DNA of 64,000 nt. Source: Eubacteriales bacterium. GTDB taxonomy: Bacteria; Bacillota; Clostridia; Oscillospirales; CAG-272. Positions within the stretch are counted from its first letter, which is position 1. Each line of letters starts with the position of its first letter. Under the pieces are notes generated by a model that did not search any database, had not been told where the DNA came from, and saw only the letters and a list, made by a program, of their open reading frames with translations. The DNA lies in assembly GCA_045638385.1 (NCBI GenBank), contig JAZUBI010000117.1, positions 29,398 to 93,397 on the forward strand, given 5' to 3'. The position numbers and the translations under genes were made by a program. This document shows, one piece after another, positions 26,444 through 35,959 of this stretch.

Positions 26444-27907
26444 ATGACTCGCAAATTCAGGTTTTTAATTTTGATTTTGGCTCTTCTCTTATCCTTGTCA
26501 TGCTTTGTAGCGTGCGGAAAAAAGGAAGGTGATGAAGAAACCTACCTTGATCTTGGAGAAACGGATGAATTTTTCCCTGACATTGAGAGAAAGGACTATA
26601 ACGAGGACGTAAACGTTTACATCATGGGTGCGTCAAACCCCCCGGAGTATTTTCTTCTTGCAAGCGAAGACGATAACGACGGTAGTACAATGGACGAGGC
26701 TGTATTCCAGCGTCAGGAGAGAGTTAACAGATATCTTGGCGTTGAAATCGTACTTCTCCAGCCCACAGAGAACACCTCGCATACTGCATATATAACCCAC
26801 GTATCCAACGCGGTTAAGAATATGGACGGTACTATGGACTTCCTTTTGACCCATGTTAACGGATGCGTTGCGAGCCTTATTTCCGATAACTATCTTCTCG
26901 ACCTCGGTGAATTCGACGGAATCGATCTTGATGCGGATTATTGGAATCAGGACTTTATGGATGACCTTGAATTAAACGGTAATTATTTCTTGGGACTCAG
27001 TGATTTCAACCTTCTATACACCTACGTTATAGCATTCAACAAGGAAATGCTCGCTCTTTATGAGTCTCACCTTGATAAGACTATTTATGAGCTCGTTGAA
27101 AACAGAGAATGGACTCTCGATGAGATGATCTCACTTTCCAACCTCGTATATATCGATAAGACCGGTAACGGTAAGACCGATGACGACACGTTTGGTATAA
27201 CCGGAACATGCTGGGTTAGCTTCTGCGGATTCCTGACCTCGAGCGATATCCCTATGATGGAGCAGTTGCCGAGCGGTGCATATGAGATTGCCATTAACAA
27301 CAGTGTTAACCAGGACAAGGCAGACAATCTTATTAACAAGCTCAAGAACCTCGGATCTTCTAACTACGCATGGTTTGACTACGATTATTCAAAGATGTCT
27401 GTTCCGATCACCGGCGGTAAAACGCTCATGCAGATCTGCAGTACATACAACCTTCCCTCTTACTTGAAGTACGATATCGAATTTGGTGTTGTACCCTTCC
27501 CGATGTATGATCTGGATCAGGCACAGGTAGGTTACAAGTCACTTCAGTGGGGTGGTTACATAGGAGTTCTTTCCTACCAGCAGAACGCAGAGAAAACCGC
27601 TGACACCCTTGAGCTTTTGGCATACTACTCCGAAAGCGTTAAGATCACTTTCTATGAGAAGCTTCTCGGTAAGCGAGTTGCGGATATGCCTGAGGACTCT
27701 GCGATGCTTGAGATCATTTGGGATAGCGTTGCAACCGACGTTGGTCAGACATTCGTTGGTGCGGGTACCAACTCAGACCGCGGAGTATGCTACACAGTTC
27801 CCGAGCTTCTCTGGCCCGGTTCAACTCACAACCTCGCTTCCTTTATTAAATCAAAAGAAAGCTCAATCAATACAGGCTTCAAGAAATTCCTTGACAGCAT
27901 TCAGTAA
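26444..27907 (+). CDS. orphan solute-binding-protein-like lipoprotein
   Basis: Lipobox CFVACGKK. The overall pattern (..DFLLTHVNG.., DADYWNQ.., FNKEML.., REWTLDEM.., DKTGNGKTDDDTFG) is typical of large Firmicutes SBP-like lipoproteins. No permease or ATPase is adjacent. Confidence 0.55.
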   Translation: MTRKFRFLILILALLLSLSCFVACGKKEGDEETYLDLGETDEFFPDIERKDYNEDVNVYIMGASNPPEYFLLASEDDNDGSTMDEAVFQRQERVNRYLGVEIVLLQPTENTSHTAYITHVSNAVKNMDGTMDFLLTHVNGCVASLISDNYLLDLGEFDGIDLDADYWNQDFMDDLELNGNYFLGLSDFNLLYTYVIAFNKEMLALYESHLDKTIYELVENREWTLDEMISLSNLVYIDKTGNGKTDDDTFGITGTCWVSFCGFLTSSDIPMMEQLPSGAYEIAINNSVNQDKADNLINKLKNLGSSNYAWFDYDYSKMSVPITGGKTLMQICSTYNLPSYLKYDIEFGVVPFPMYDLDQAQVGYKSLQWGGYIGVLSYQQNAEKTADTLELLAYYSESVKITFYEKLLGKRVADMPEDSAMLEIIWDSVATDVGQTFVGAGTNSDRGVCYTVPELLWPGSTHNLASFIKSKESSINTGFKKFLDSIQ

Positions 27908-27912
27908 AATAC

Positions 27913-27949
27913 AAAAAAATCGGTTGGATCAGATCCAACCGATTTTTTT
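27913..27949. terminator. bidirectional intrinsic terminator
   Basis: A7, then TCGGTTGGATC/GATCCAACCGA perfect palindrome, then T7. It lies between convergent genes. Confidence 0.85.
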
Positions 27950-30386
27950 ATATTTTTTTAAGCTTAGCATATGTTGCCATAAGCTTTTTTGTACCGACCT
28001 TTTCAAACATTACCTCATAAAGAGCATCTGCGCCCATAGGTCTGACAGAAAGAATCTCGCCTTCGCCAAACGTCATATGAAGAACTCTGTCTCCGGGCTT
28101 AAATGTCGTTTTGTCGGAGCTTTGTGGGCGTTGGAAGATCGGTTTACCGATGGTTGTCTGCTCTCCAATACCCTTGTTATAGCTGCTATTGGAATACGAG
28201 GGGGTATTTTGCTTCGGCTGAACGGGTCTTTCAGAGAAATAAACCTTAGTTCCCTGTCTTCCTCCGTACATACCTCCGCCAAAATCGTTTTGCTCGCGAA
28301 CAGTGTATGTCTCCGGTATTTCGGCAACAAACCTGGAAAGCGGATTAGCTTGCGTTTGACCGTAAAGAAGCCTATGCTTGGTGTACATAATATATATCTG
28401 CTCCTTAGCACGTGTCAATGCAACGTATGCAAGTCTGCGCTCCTCCTCCATATCCTCGGATACGCCAACGAGAGTCTGCATACTCGGGAAGATTCCATCC
28501 TCGAATCCGGGTATGATAACAATCGGGAATTCAAGACCCTTTGCGCTGTGAACAGTCATAAGTACGATCGCATCCGCGGTCTCATCGTATCTGTCAACGT
28601 CTGCAACAAGAGCATTTTCCTCAAGGAATCCCATAAGCGTCGGGTTTTCATTGTTGTTCACATACTCTATGATACTCGACTTAAATTCCTCAAGGTTGTC
28701 AAGTCTGTCCTTTTCCTCTTCGCCTGCGGCGATAATCATGTCTCTGTATCCTGAATCATCAAGAACAGCATCAAAGAGATCGGGCAAGGATAAATGAGCG
28801 GCCTTTACTGTAAGAGCATTTATAAGCGATGCAAAGCCCTCAAGAGAACCAAGGCTTCTTGACAAGGCCGTGTATTTCTCTGCATTTTCAATGACCTCAA
28901 AGAGCGAGCATCCCTGCTCTGCAGAGATTTGTGAAATAGCATCTATAGTCACGTTTCCGATCTTTCTTCTCGGCTCGTTTATGATTCTGAGGAGTCGCTC
29001 TCGGTCTGCGTGATTGGCAATAAGCTGAAGATAAGCAACAGCATCTCTTATTTCTTTTCTGTCCGAGAATCTGACTCCGCCCAGCATTCTGTACGGAGTT
29101 GCAGTCTTTGCCAACGCGCGCTCTATGCTGTTCGATTGAGCATTATTTCTGTAAAGGATCGCAATATCTCTATATGACTTTCCTTTTTTGCTCACAAGCT
29201 CGTTTACGGTGTCAACTATACTTCTCGCCTCGTGATTTTCATCCTCAAGCCTTCTGACAACGATCTTCTCGCCACGAGCGCCATCTGTCCAAAGCTTTTT
29301 GCCTTTTCTGCCAACATTGTTTGCTATAACAGCGTTTGCGGCGTCAAGAATCGTCGCTGTTGAGCGATAGTTCTGTTCGAGCTTAATTACCTTGGAATCG
29401 GCAAAATGCTTGTCAAAGTTCAAAATATTGCCTATTGTAGCACCCCTGAATTTGTAGATAGACTGATCGTCGTCTCCAACGACCATGATATTTCCAAACC
29501 CGCCTGCGATCATAGACGTAAGAACAAATTGTGCTTCGTTCGTGTCCTGATATTCGTCTACACACACATACTTGAATTTCTTCTGATAATATTCCAAAAC
29601 ATCGGGGTGCTTTTTAAACAGCGCAACGGTATTCATAATAATATCGTCAAAATCCATTGCATTGGAACTTTTCAGAGTTCTCTGATATTCTGTGTATATT
29701 TTAGCAATTTTAGAAAGCCTGAAGTCAGCTCCCACCTCGTTTGAATATGCCTCGGGAGTGAGAAGCTTGTCCTTTGCTCCGCTGATCGCATTGATAACGG
29801 TTTTTATAGGCATCTGCTTTTCATCAACGTAGCAACGCTTCATTGCGGCAGAAACAGCTTTTTTCGTGTCGTCAGCGTCGTATATTGTAAATTCCTTTTT
29901 GTAACCGATAAGCTCGCAGTTAGCGCGGAGAATACGCATGCAGACCGAGTGGAATGTTCCTGCCCAAATATCCTTTGCAGCGTCCTCATCATCAAGAACG
30001 TCTGCCAAACGCTTCTTTATTTCATTTGCCGCCTTGTTTGTAAACGTAATAGCCAACATTCTGTAAGGTCGGCAGGGCTCGCACGCAAAATCAGCAAGCA
30101 TGTCCTCGGCAATCGACACATCCTGACTGTTTAACGCATACTCCATTTCGGAGAGATACCTATCGTCAACGTAATCCGGAATCGAATTATCAAAATATGC
30201 GTTACCGTATTTTATGATAAACACTATTCGCTTAACAAGCACGGTGGTTTTACCGCTTCCCGCGCCTGCCAAAACAAGCAACGGCCCGTTTACGGTAAAT
30301 ACAGACTCACGCTGCCTTTCATTCAGCGAAGCATAGCATTTGTTAAATAATGCCCTTTTCAGGCTTAAATATCTGTTTTTATCCAT
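27948..30386 (-). CDS. pcrA: ATP-dependent DNA helicase PcrA (UvrD family)
   Basis: [11 protein letters not shown] (motif I), [12 protein letters not shown] (Ia), VDEYQDTN (II), and a C-terminal Tudor-like tail ([14 protein letters not shown]). Confidence 0.85.
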   Translation of the reverse strand: [812 protein letters not shown]

Positions 30387-31730
30387 TTAATCAATCTTAT
30401 ATTTGTGTTTAATTTCAGAGCGCATATATCCTATAACAAGCCAAGCGACAAAAATGAACGCGATAGAAACGGCAGATGATATCACTCCGGACGACTCGTA
30501 GATCTTTCCTCTTTTGAAGAACGGCAAGGCGCAAATGTGGAACACAGATGCGGCCTGTGAAAGTATACCCAAGGATATAAGCGCTGTAAGTCTTACTTTT
30601 ATACCACGTTTAACTTCCTTTTTTTCCTGCTTATCGCTCTTCTCTTTTATTGCGTGGCGAGTAAATATTTCATAAATAAACCACGAAATCGCAAGTGTTG
30701 CGGCTATACAAACAACCGCTTGAACTATGTACGTTCCCAAAAGGAAGTAGTAGCCGTCATAAGCCTCTGCACTTCTCTTTATTGCGCCAATAAAATGTCT
30801 CTCAAAATATTGCTTTTCAATTTTGAAAAGGAAGAGCGAGAGTGCCGAGCCCGCCAAGGACACCATAACTATCGGTGCCCACTTTGGAGCATAGCGCTTA
30901 AGGAGCAATGCGGCAAAAATCAGCGTCGCAAAGAAGAAAATATCGGGCAGAACGTTTACATCCTGCGAATACACGTCAAATGACAGTATGATCGATATCA
31001 TAAGCATCGTCAGGCCCTCGCTCATACCTCTATACATATATACCTCAGGCATCGACTCGGACTTTTCTAAATACTTTTTGCTGAGTGCTTCAACAAAGGC
31101 ACTGTCCTTCATAAACTTTACGAAATAAGAGGATATTGAGCATATCCAGCTTATAGACCACGGCACAACGAAGAGTATCGCAAGAACTCTTACAACCATT
31201 ATAAACTCGTATTCACTGTTGGTTTTCAGGGTTGAGAAATCGGGCAGTGCGCAAATAATGTTCTTTACAACAACAAATGATACCGTACGAGAATATACTT
31301 TTTCGGTTCTGTTTCTTCCCCTTTCGCGTCTCTTATAGTAGAGAACATCGCCGTTGTTAAACATACCGAGAGAAAGCAAGCCCTCGAAAAGTGCCTTATA
31401 CGACGGGACAAGTATTGCAATATCAAAAAACGCAAATACAAACACAAGCACCAAAAGTCCCATAGGACGCTCTTCAGCGGCAAAGACTCTGTTGAGAACA
31501 AAGATAGATACAAAGCGCAAAACGCTTAACGCCAAGCACTTCTGAAATCCCTTTACAGCGGTCATAATACGGTCATTGATGTCCGCAAGATTAGTCAGTC
31601 CAATGCAAAGCAAAGTGTATCCTATAAAGTCCGGAAGCGGATCAATAAGCCCGTAGGTAGGCTCAAAAAGGAAGAAAAACGAAATAAATATCAGCGGCAA
31701 TCCGATTTTTTTATGAAATTTTCCGTACAT
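30387..31730 (-). CDS. polytopic membrane protein, unknown function (447 aa)
   Basis: About 10 hydrophobic segments. RBS AAGGAGG. Its stop abuts the pcrA start codon. Confidence 0.6.
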   Translation of the reverse strand: MYGKFHKKIGLPLIFISFFFLFEPTYGLIDPLPDFIGYTLLCIGLTNLADINDRIMTAVKGFQKCLALSVLRFVSIFVLNRVFAAEERPMGLLVLVFVFAFFDIAILVPSYKALFEGLLSLGMFNNGDVLYYKRRERGRNRTEKVYSRTVSFVVVKNIICALPDFSTLKTNSEYEFIMVVRVLAILFVVPWSISWICSISSYFVKFMKDSAFVEALSKKYLEKSESMPEVYMYRGMSEGLTMLMISIILSFDVYSQDVNVLPDIFFFATLIFAALLLKRYAPKWAPIVMVSLAGSALSLFLFKIEKQYFERHFIGAIKRSAEAYDGYYFLLGTYIVQAVVCIAATLAISWFIYEIFTRHAIKEKSDKQEKKEVKRGIKVRLTALISLGILSQAASVFHICALPFFKRGKIYESSGVISSAVSIAFIFVAWLVIGYMRSEIKHKYKID

Positions 31731-31741
31731 TTTTTCCTCCT

Positions 31742-32476
31742 TTATTTTTTCTTTTTATGATGATGTTTATTTTTGTTATAGTTGTTTTGAAGCTTCTGAT
31801 TTCTCTTTTCGAGCTTCTTTTCAAAATACTCTTTGGTACTCTCGATCGCCTTCTGCTCGCGCTCGTCCCTCTTTGCGCGGATCTTGTTTACAAACTCGAA
31901 TCTTGAGGGCTTGCGGTGCATGTCCTCCTCACCCTCAGGACAGATCATGGCATAGCACTTGAGAAGAAGAAGTGAGTTTGCAACTGTATAGACAAGATGC
32001 ATTATCATGAGCAAGGTAGCAAAAAATCCGCTGTCCTTGCTGAAGATAGTGTTGGGTATGAAGAGCAAAAGCTGGAACATGTTGAATACCACAACGTAAA
32101 CCATGTTTCTATACGCCTTATACTTTGTTTCAGGATATTCAACACGGCGCGACATATCTACAACACCGTAAAGCACTGTAAGATTGAATACAAGAAGTAC
32201 AATAAGTCCTATCCAGTTCATCGTGTATGAAATTCCTTCGGCAAAGTAAAGGATCTTATACGAAAACATTTGCTCTATCCATTTTGCGGACTCATAAAAC
32301 GAGTATACAAACAGACAAGCGTTTGCAATTATTGCATACAAAAATGTCGGACAGTATTTTCTGAGCTCAAGCAAGCCGAAATTTATAAATAAGCTTCCGA
32401 GCAGCATTGCGGGACCGACGTAATAGCCGAGGACTACCGCAAAAATATATCCAACCAATAACGGTCCAAATCCCAT
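31742..32476 (-). CDS. polytopic membrane protein, unknown function, with K/H-rich C-terminal tail (244 aa)
   Basis: About 6 hydrophobic segments, then a charged tail ending NKHHHKKKK. RBS GAAAGGAAA. Confidence 0.6.
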   Translation of the reverse strand: MGFGPLLVGYIFAVVLGYYVGPAMLLGSLFINFGLLELRKYCPTFLYAIIANACLFVYSFYESAKWIEQMFSYKILYFAEGISYTMNWIGLIVLLVFNLTVLYGVVDMSRRVEYPETKYKAYRNMVYVVVFNMFQLLLFIPNTIFSKDSGFFATLLMIMHLVYTVANSLLLLKCYAMICPEGEEDMHRKPSRFEFVNKIRAKRDEREQKAIESTKEYFEKKLEKRNQKLQNNYNKNKHHHKKKK

Positions 32477-32498
32477 TATATTTTCCTTTCAAGAAATG

Positions 32499-35246
32499 TT
32501 ATTGTGCGTTTGTGCTTCCGGGTGCTCCGCAGCAGTTTTTGTACTTTTTGCCGGATCCGCAGGGGCAAGGATCATTTCTTCCGACCTTCTCTGCCGCACT
32601 CTTTCTGATAGTAACGCGGGCAGCCTTTCTCTCTCCGCCGTCAAGTCCGGACGTCAATGGATTTGCCACCTGAACTCTCTTTATCGGCTCTGATGTTCTC
32701 GGAACGACAGAAAGGATAGTTCTAACCGTCTTTTCTCTGATCTCCTCGACCATTGCATCAAACATATCTCCACCCGTTATTCTGTACTCGGTAACGGGAT
32801 CTCTCTGCGCATATGCCTGGAAATTGATCTCATTTTTGAGCTCATCCATAGCATCTATATGCTCCATCCAAGCCGTATCAACGTTTCTCAACAGAATAGA
32901 TCTCTGAACCTCAAGGAAGACCTCTGTTCCGAAGAGCTCTTCCTTCTCGGAATATTTCTTCATTGCCTTCTCAGCAAGAATCTCGTAAACACTTTCTCTC
33001 TTAAGCTTTTTGAGCTCGGCCTCAGAATAATTAAAATCGGATTCGTCGCAAATGTAAGGTAAGCTTGCTTTCAGGCTCTCAAAATTCCAATCAAGCGGTG
33101 ACTCCTCCGCGGTATGAGCCGCAACGCATCCGCGAACCGTGGAGAGCATCATCTTCTTGATGGTGTCGGCAATACCGTCACCGCCGTCAAGAACGTCATG
33201 TCTTTGCTTGTAAATTACGCTTCTCTGCTGATTCATAACGTCGTCATAGGACAAAACGTATTTACGGCGCTTGAAATTAGCGCTTTCGATCTTCGACTGT
33301 GCATTTTCAATCGAGTTAGAAAGTAACTTAGCATCGATAGGTGTTGTTTCATCAAGTCCGAATCTCTCAACAAGACCAATGATCCTATCAGAGCCGAAAA
33401 GTCTCATAAGGTCATCCTGGAGCGAAAGATAAAATCTTGACTCACCGGGATCTCCCTGTCTACCCGATCTTCCGCGGAGCTGGTTATCTATACGACGGCT
33501 CTCGTGTCTCTCTGTTCCGAGAATATACAAACCGCCCGCTTCTCTGACCTTTTCAGCCTCGGGAGCAATTTGAGCCTTATATTTTTCATAAAGCTCTCTG
33601 TAGGTGGCTCTTGCAGCAAGGATCTCCTCGTCATCGGTGTTGGACGTGCCATTAGCCTCGATTATAAGCTCCTCAGCTATCTGCTTTGAGCGCATCTCCT
33701 GCTTTGCAAGGAATTCGGGGTTACCGCCGAGCATAATATCGGTTCCACGTCCTGCCATGTTGGTTGAAATTGTGACAGCACCGAATTTACCCGCCTGAGC
33801 TACGATTTCAGCCTCTTTATCGTGATATTTTGCATTGAGAACGGTGTGCTTGATGCCGGCCTTCATCAAACGGCGGGAAAGCTCCTCGGACTTTTCTATG
33901 GAAACCGTACCTACAAGCACGGGCTGTCCCTTAGCGTTACACTCTCTTATCTGTTCGATAACAGCGGCATATTTTCCGTTGACGGACTTATAAACTCTGT
34001 CGGGATGATCGAGTCTTATCATGGGCTTGTTGGTAGGCACCTCAACAACGTCAAGGTTGTATATCTCTCTGAACTCCTCCTGCTCGGTAAGAGCCGTACC
34101 CGTCATACCCGAAAGCTTATTATACATTCTAAAGTAATTCTGGAAGGTGATGGTTGCGAGAGTCTTGTTCTCCTTTTCTATCTTAACGCCTTCCTTAGCC
34201 TCGATTGCCTGATGCAATCCGTCCGAATAACGTCTACCGTACATCATACGACCGGTAAACTCATCGACAATAATAACGCCCTTTTCGGTTACAACGTACT
34301 GCTCATCTCTGAACATAGTGCCGTGTGCCTTGATCGCCTGATTAACATAGTGCATAAGCTCGGCATTTTCGGGATCGGTAAAGTTTTCAACGCCGAAGAA
34401 GCTCTCTGCCTTCTTTGCGCCTCTGGGGGTCAAGATGGCATTTCTTGCCTTCTCATCAACTATATAGTCAGCATCAATATTATCCTGATCCTCCTTGTTA
34501 TCAAGCTCCTTAATAACAAATTTGCGAAGAGTTCTTGCGAACTTATCAGCCTTGTCATACATATCGGTAGGCTCCTCGCCGGCACCCGAAATAATCAAAG
34601 GTGTTCTCGCCTCATCGACAAGTATAGAGTCAACCTCGTCAACGATAGCAAAGGAGTGACCGCGCTGAACCATTCTCTCCTTGTAGACAACCATGTTGTC
34701 ACGGAGATAGTCAAATCCGAACTCGTTATTTGTTCCGTAGGTAATATCTGCTCTGTACGCCTCCTGCTTTTCGGCATTGGTCATACCATGAACGACAAGA
34801 CCTGTGCTAAGACCCATAAAGCCGTACACTCTGCCCATCTCCTCGCTGTCACGTCTTGCAAGATAATCGTTAACGGTAACAATGTGTACACCCTTACCCG
34901 AAAGAGCATTAAGATACGCAGGGAGAGTTGCAACAAGAGTTTTACCCTCACCGGTTTTCATCTCGGCAATTCTGCCCTGATGTAAAACGATACCTCCGAG
35001 GAGCTGAACGTGGAAAGGACGCTTTCCGAGAACTCTGTCATCAGCCTCTCTGACAGCCGCAAAGGCATCGGGAAGAATGTCGTCAAGAGTTTCTCCCAAA
35101 GAAAGTCTCTCCTTGAAAACAGCCGTCACTCCCTTAAGCTCATCGTCAGTCATGGCCGCATATTTAGAAGCTAATTCTTCTATAAGCTTTGCAATTTTTT
35201 CAACCTTTTTAATCTGCTTTTCGCTGTACGTTTTAAAAAGTGCCAT
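32499..35246 (-). CDS. secA: preprotein translocase ATPase SecA
   Basis: MKTGEGKTLV Walker A, DEVDSILVDEARTPLIISG, and the C-terminal zinc motif CPCGSGKKYKNCCG. Confidence 0.95.
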   Translation of the reverse strand: MALFKTYSEKQIKKVEKIAKLIEELASKYAAMTDDELKGVTAVFKERLSLGETLDDILPDAFAAVREADDRVLGKRPFHVQLLGGIVLHQGRIAEMKTGEGKTLVATLPAYLNALSGKGVHIVTVNDYLARRDSEEMGRVYGFMGLSTGLVVHGMTNAEKQEAYRADITYGTNNEFGFDYLRDNMVVYKERMVQRGHSFAIVDEVDSILVDEARTPLIISGAGEEPTDMYDKADKFARTLRKFVIKELDNKEDQDNIDADYIVDEKARNAILTPRGAKKAESFFGVENFTDPENAELMHYVNQAIKAHGTMFRDEQYVVTEKGVIIVDEFTGRMMYGRRYSDGLHQAIEAKEGVKIEKENKTLATITFQNYFRMYNKLSGMTGTALTEQEEFREIYNLDVVEVPTNKPMIRLDHPDRVYKSVNGKYAAVIEQIRECNAKGQPVLVGTVSIEKSEELSRRLMKAGIKHTVLNAKYHDKEAEIVAQAGKFGAVTISTNMAGRGTDIMLGGNPEFLAKQEMRSKQIAEELIIEANGTSNTDDEEILAARATYRELYEKYKAQIAPEAEKVREAGGLYILGTERHESRRIDNQLRGRSGRQGDPGESRFYLSLQDDLMRLFGSDRIIGLVERFGLDETTPIDAKLLSNSIENAQSKIESANFKRRKYVLSYDDVMNQQRSVIYKQRHDVLDGGDGIADTIKKMMLSTVRGCVAAHTAEESPLDWNFESLKASLPYICDESDFNYSEAELKKLKRESVYEILAEKAMKKYSEKEELFGTEVFLEVQRSILLRNVDTAWMEHIDAMDELKNEINFQAYAQRDPVTEYRITGGDMFDAMVEEIREKTVRTILSVVPRTSEPIKRVQVANPLTSGLDGGERKAARVTIRKSAAEKVGRNDPCPCGSGKKYKNCCGAPGSTNAQ

Positions 35247-35316
35247 TCTTTATCTCCTTTGTGCGTTTTTATTAAATCGCATCAACAAAAACGCCTTCTA
35301 TCGCATTATAAATAAT

Positions 35317-35345
35317 ATTATACTTCATTTAATGTAACAAAGCAA
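35317..35345 (-). promoter_or_regulatory. SigA-type promoter of secA (TTGCTT-17-TATAAT)
   Basis: Minus strand reads TTGCTTtgttacattaaatgaagTATAAT. Confidence 0.5.
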
Positions 35346-35373
35346 CCGTAAATTGTAAATTTTCACGAAACAC

Positions 35374-35402
35374 TTGAAAATTTTATCCCTTTGTTATATA
35401 AT
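35374..35402 (+). promoter_or_regulatory. SigA-type promoter of trmL-mnmA (TTGAAA-17-TATAAT)
   Basis: TTGAAAattttatccctttgttaTATAAT. Confidence 0.65.
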
Positions 35403-35449
35403 AAACCTATATTTATGTTCTTGCCGCAAGCGCGGCAGATCGGAGGCAC

Positions 35450-35950
35450 ATGTCACACATCAATATAGTCCTTTGTGAGCCGGAAATACCGCAAAACACC
35501 GGCAACATTGCGCGCACCTGCGCCGCAACCGGAGCTTCCCTTCACCTTATACGCCCCTTGGGCTTTGAGATAGACAACGCAAAGCTCAAACGCGCCGGGC
35601 TTGACTATTGGGATAAGCTTGATATAACATATTACGATGGGCTTGAGGATTTCTTTAATAAGCACGGCGACGAGAAAGTATATTATTTCTCAACCAAGGC
35701 AAAGCATAATTATTGCGACGTAAAATATACAGGCAACGTGTGGATAATGTTCGGAAAGGAAACAAAAGGACTTCCCGAGGATCTGCTTGTTAAAAACCCC
35801 GAAACAACGGTAAGGATCCCAATGCGTAATCAGCTCCGCTCGCTTAACCTTTCAAACTCTGTTGCTATCGCGGTATACGAAATACTGAGGCAGTGGGATT
35901 TTGAGGGTATGCAGGAAGAGGGCGAGCTTACCCAATTTTCATGGAATTAA
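35450..35950 (+). CDS. trmL: tRNA (cytidine/uridine(34)-2'-O)-methyltransferase TrmL (SpoU family)
   Basis: INIVLCEPEIPQNTGNIARTCAATG and LNLSNSVAIAVYE motifs. Size of 166 aa fits. Confidence 0.85.
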   Translation: MSHINIVLCEPEIPQNTGNIARTCAATGASLHLIRPLGFEIDNAKLKRAGLDYWDKLDITYYDGLEDFFNKHGDEKVYYFSTKAKHNYCDVKYTGNVWIMFGKETKGLPEDLLVKNPETTVRIPMRNQLRSLNLSNSVAIAVYEILRQWDFEGMQEEGELTQFSWN

Positions 35951-35959
35951 GGTAAAAAG

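Noticed and set aside
27609-28754. 381-aa plus-strand ORF overlapping the end of the SBP-like gene and the 3' part of pcrA
   Set aside because: It runs through the bidirectional terminator and is antisense to clear PcrA motifs. The product is low-complexity and basic. This is a shadow ORF.
27948-30386. UvrD-family helicase as part of a defence system (Gabija- or other helicase-based)
   Set aside because: It has the full PcrA motif set and the C-terminal Tudor-like tail. It sits in a housekeeping operon context with secA, and no nuclease or ATPase partner gene typical of defence systems is adjacent.
33822-34985. 387-aa plus-strand ORF
   Set aside because: It is antisense to the best-conserved part of secA (Walker A, DEVD). 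It has no RBS and a nonsense-like composition.
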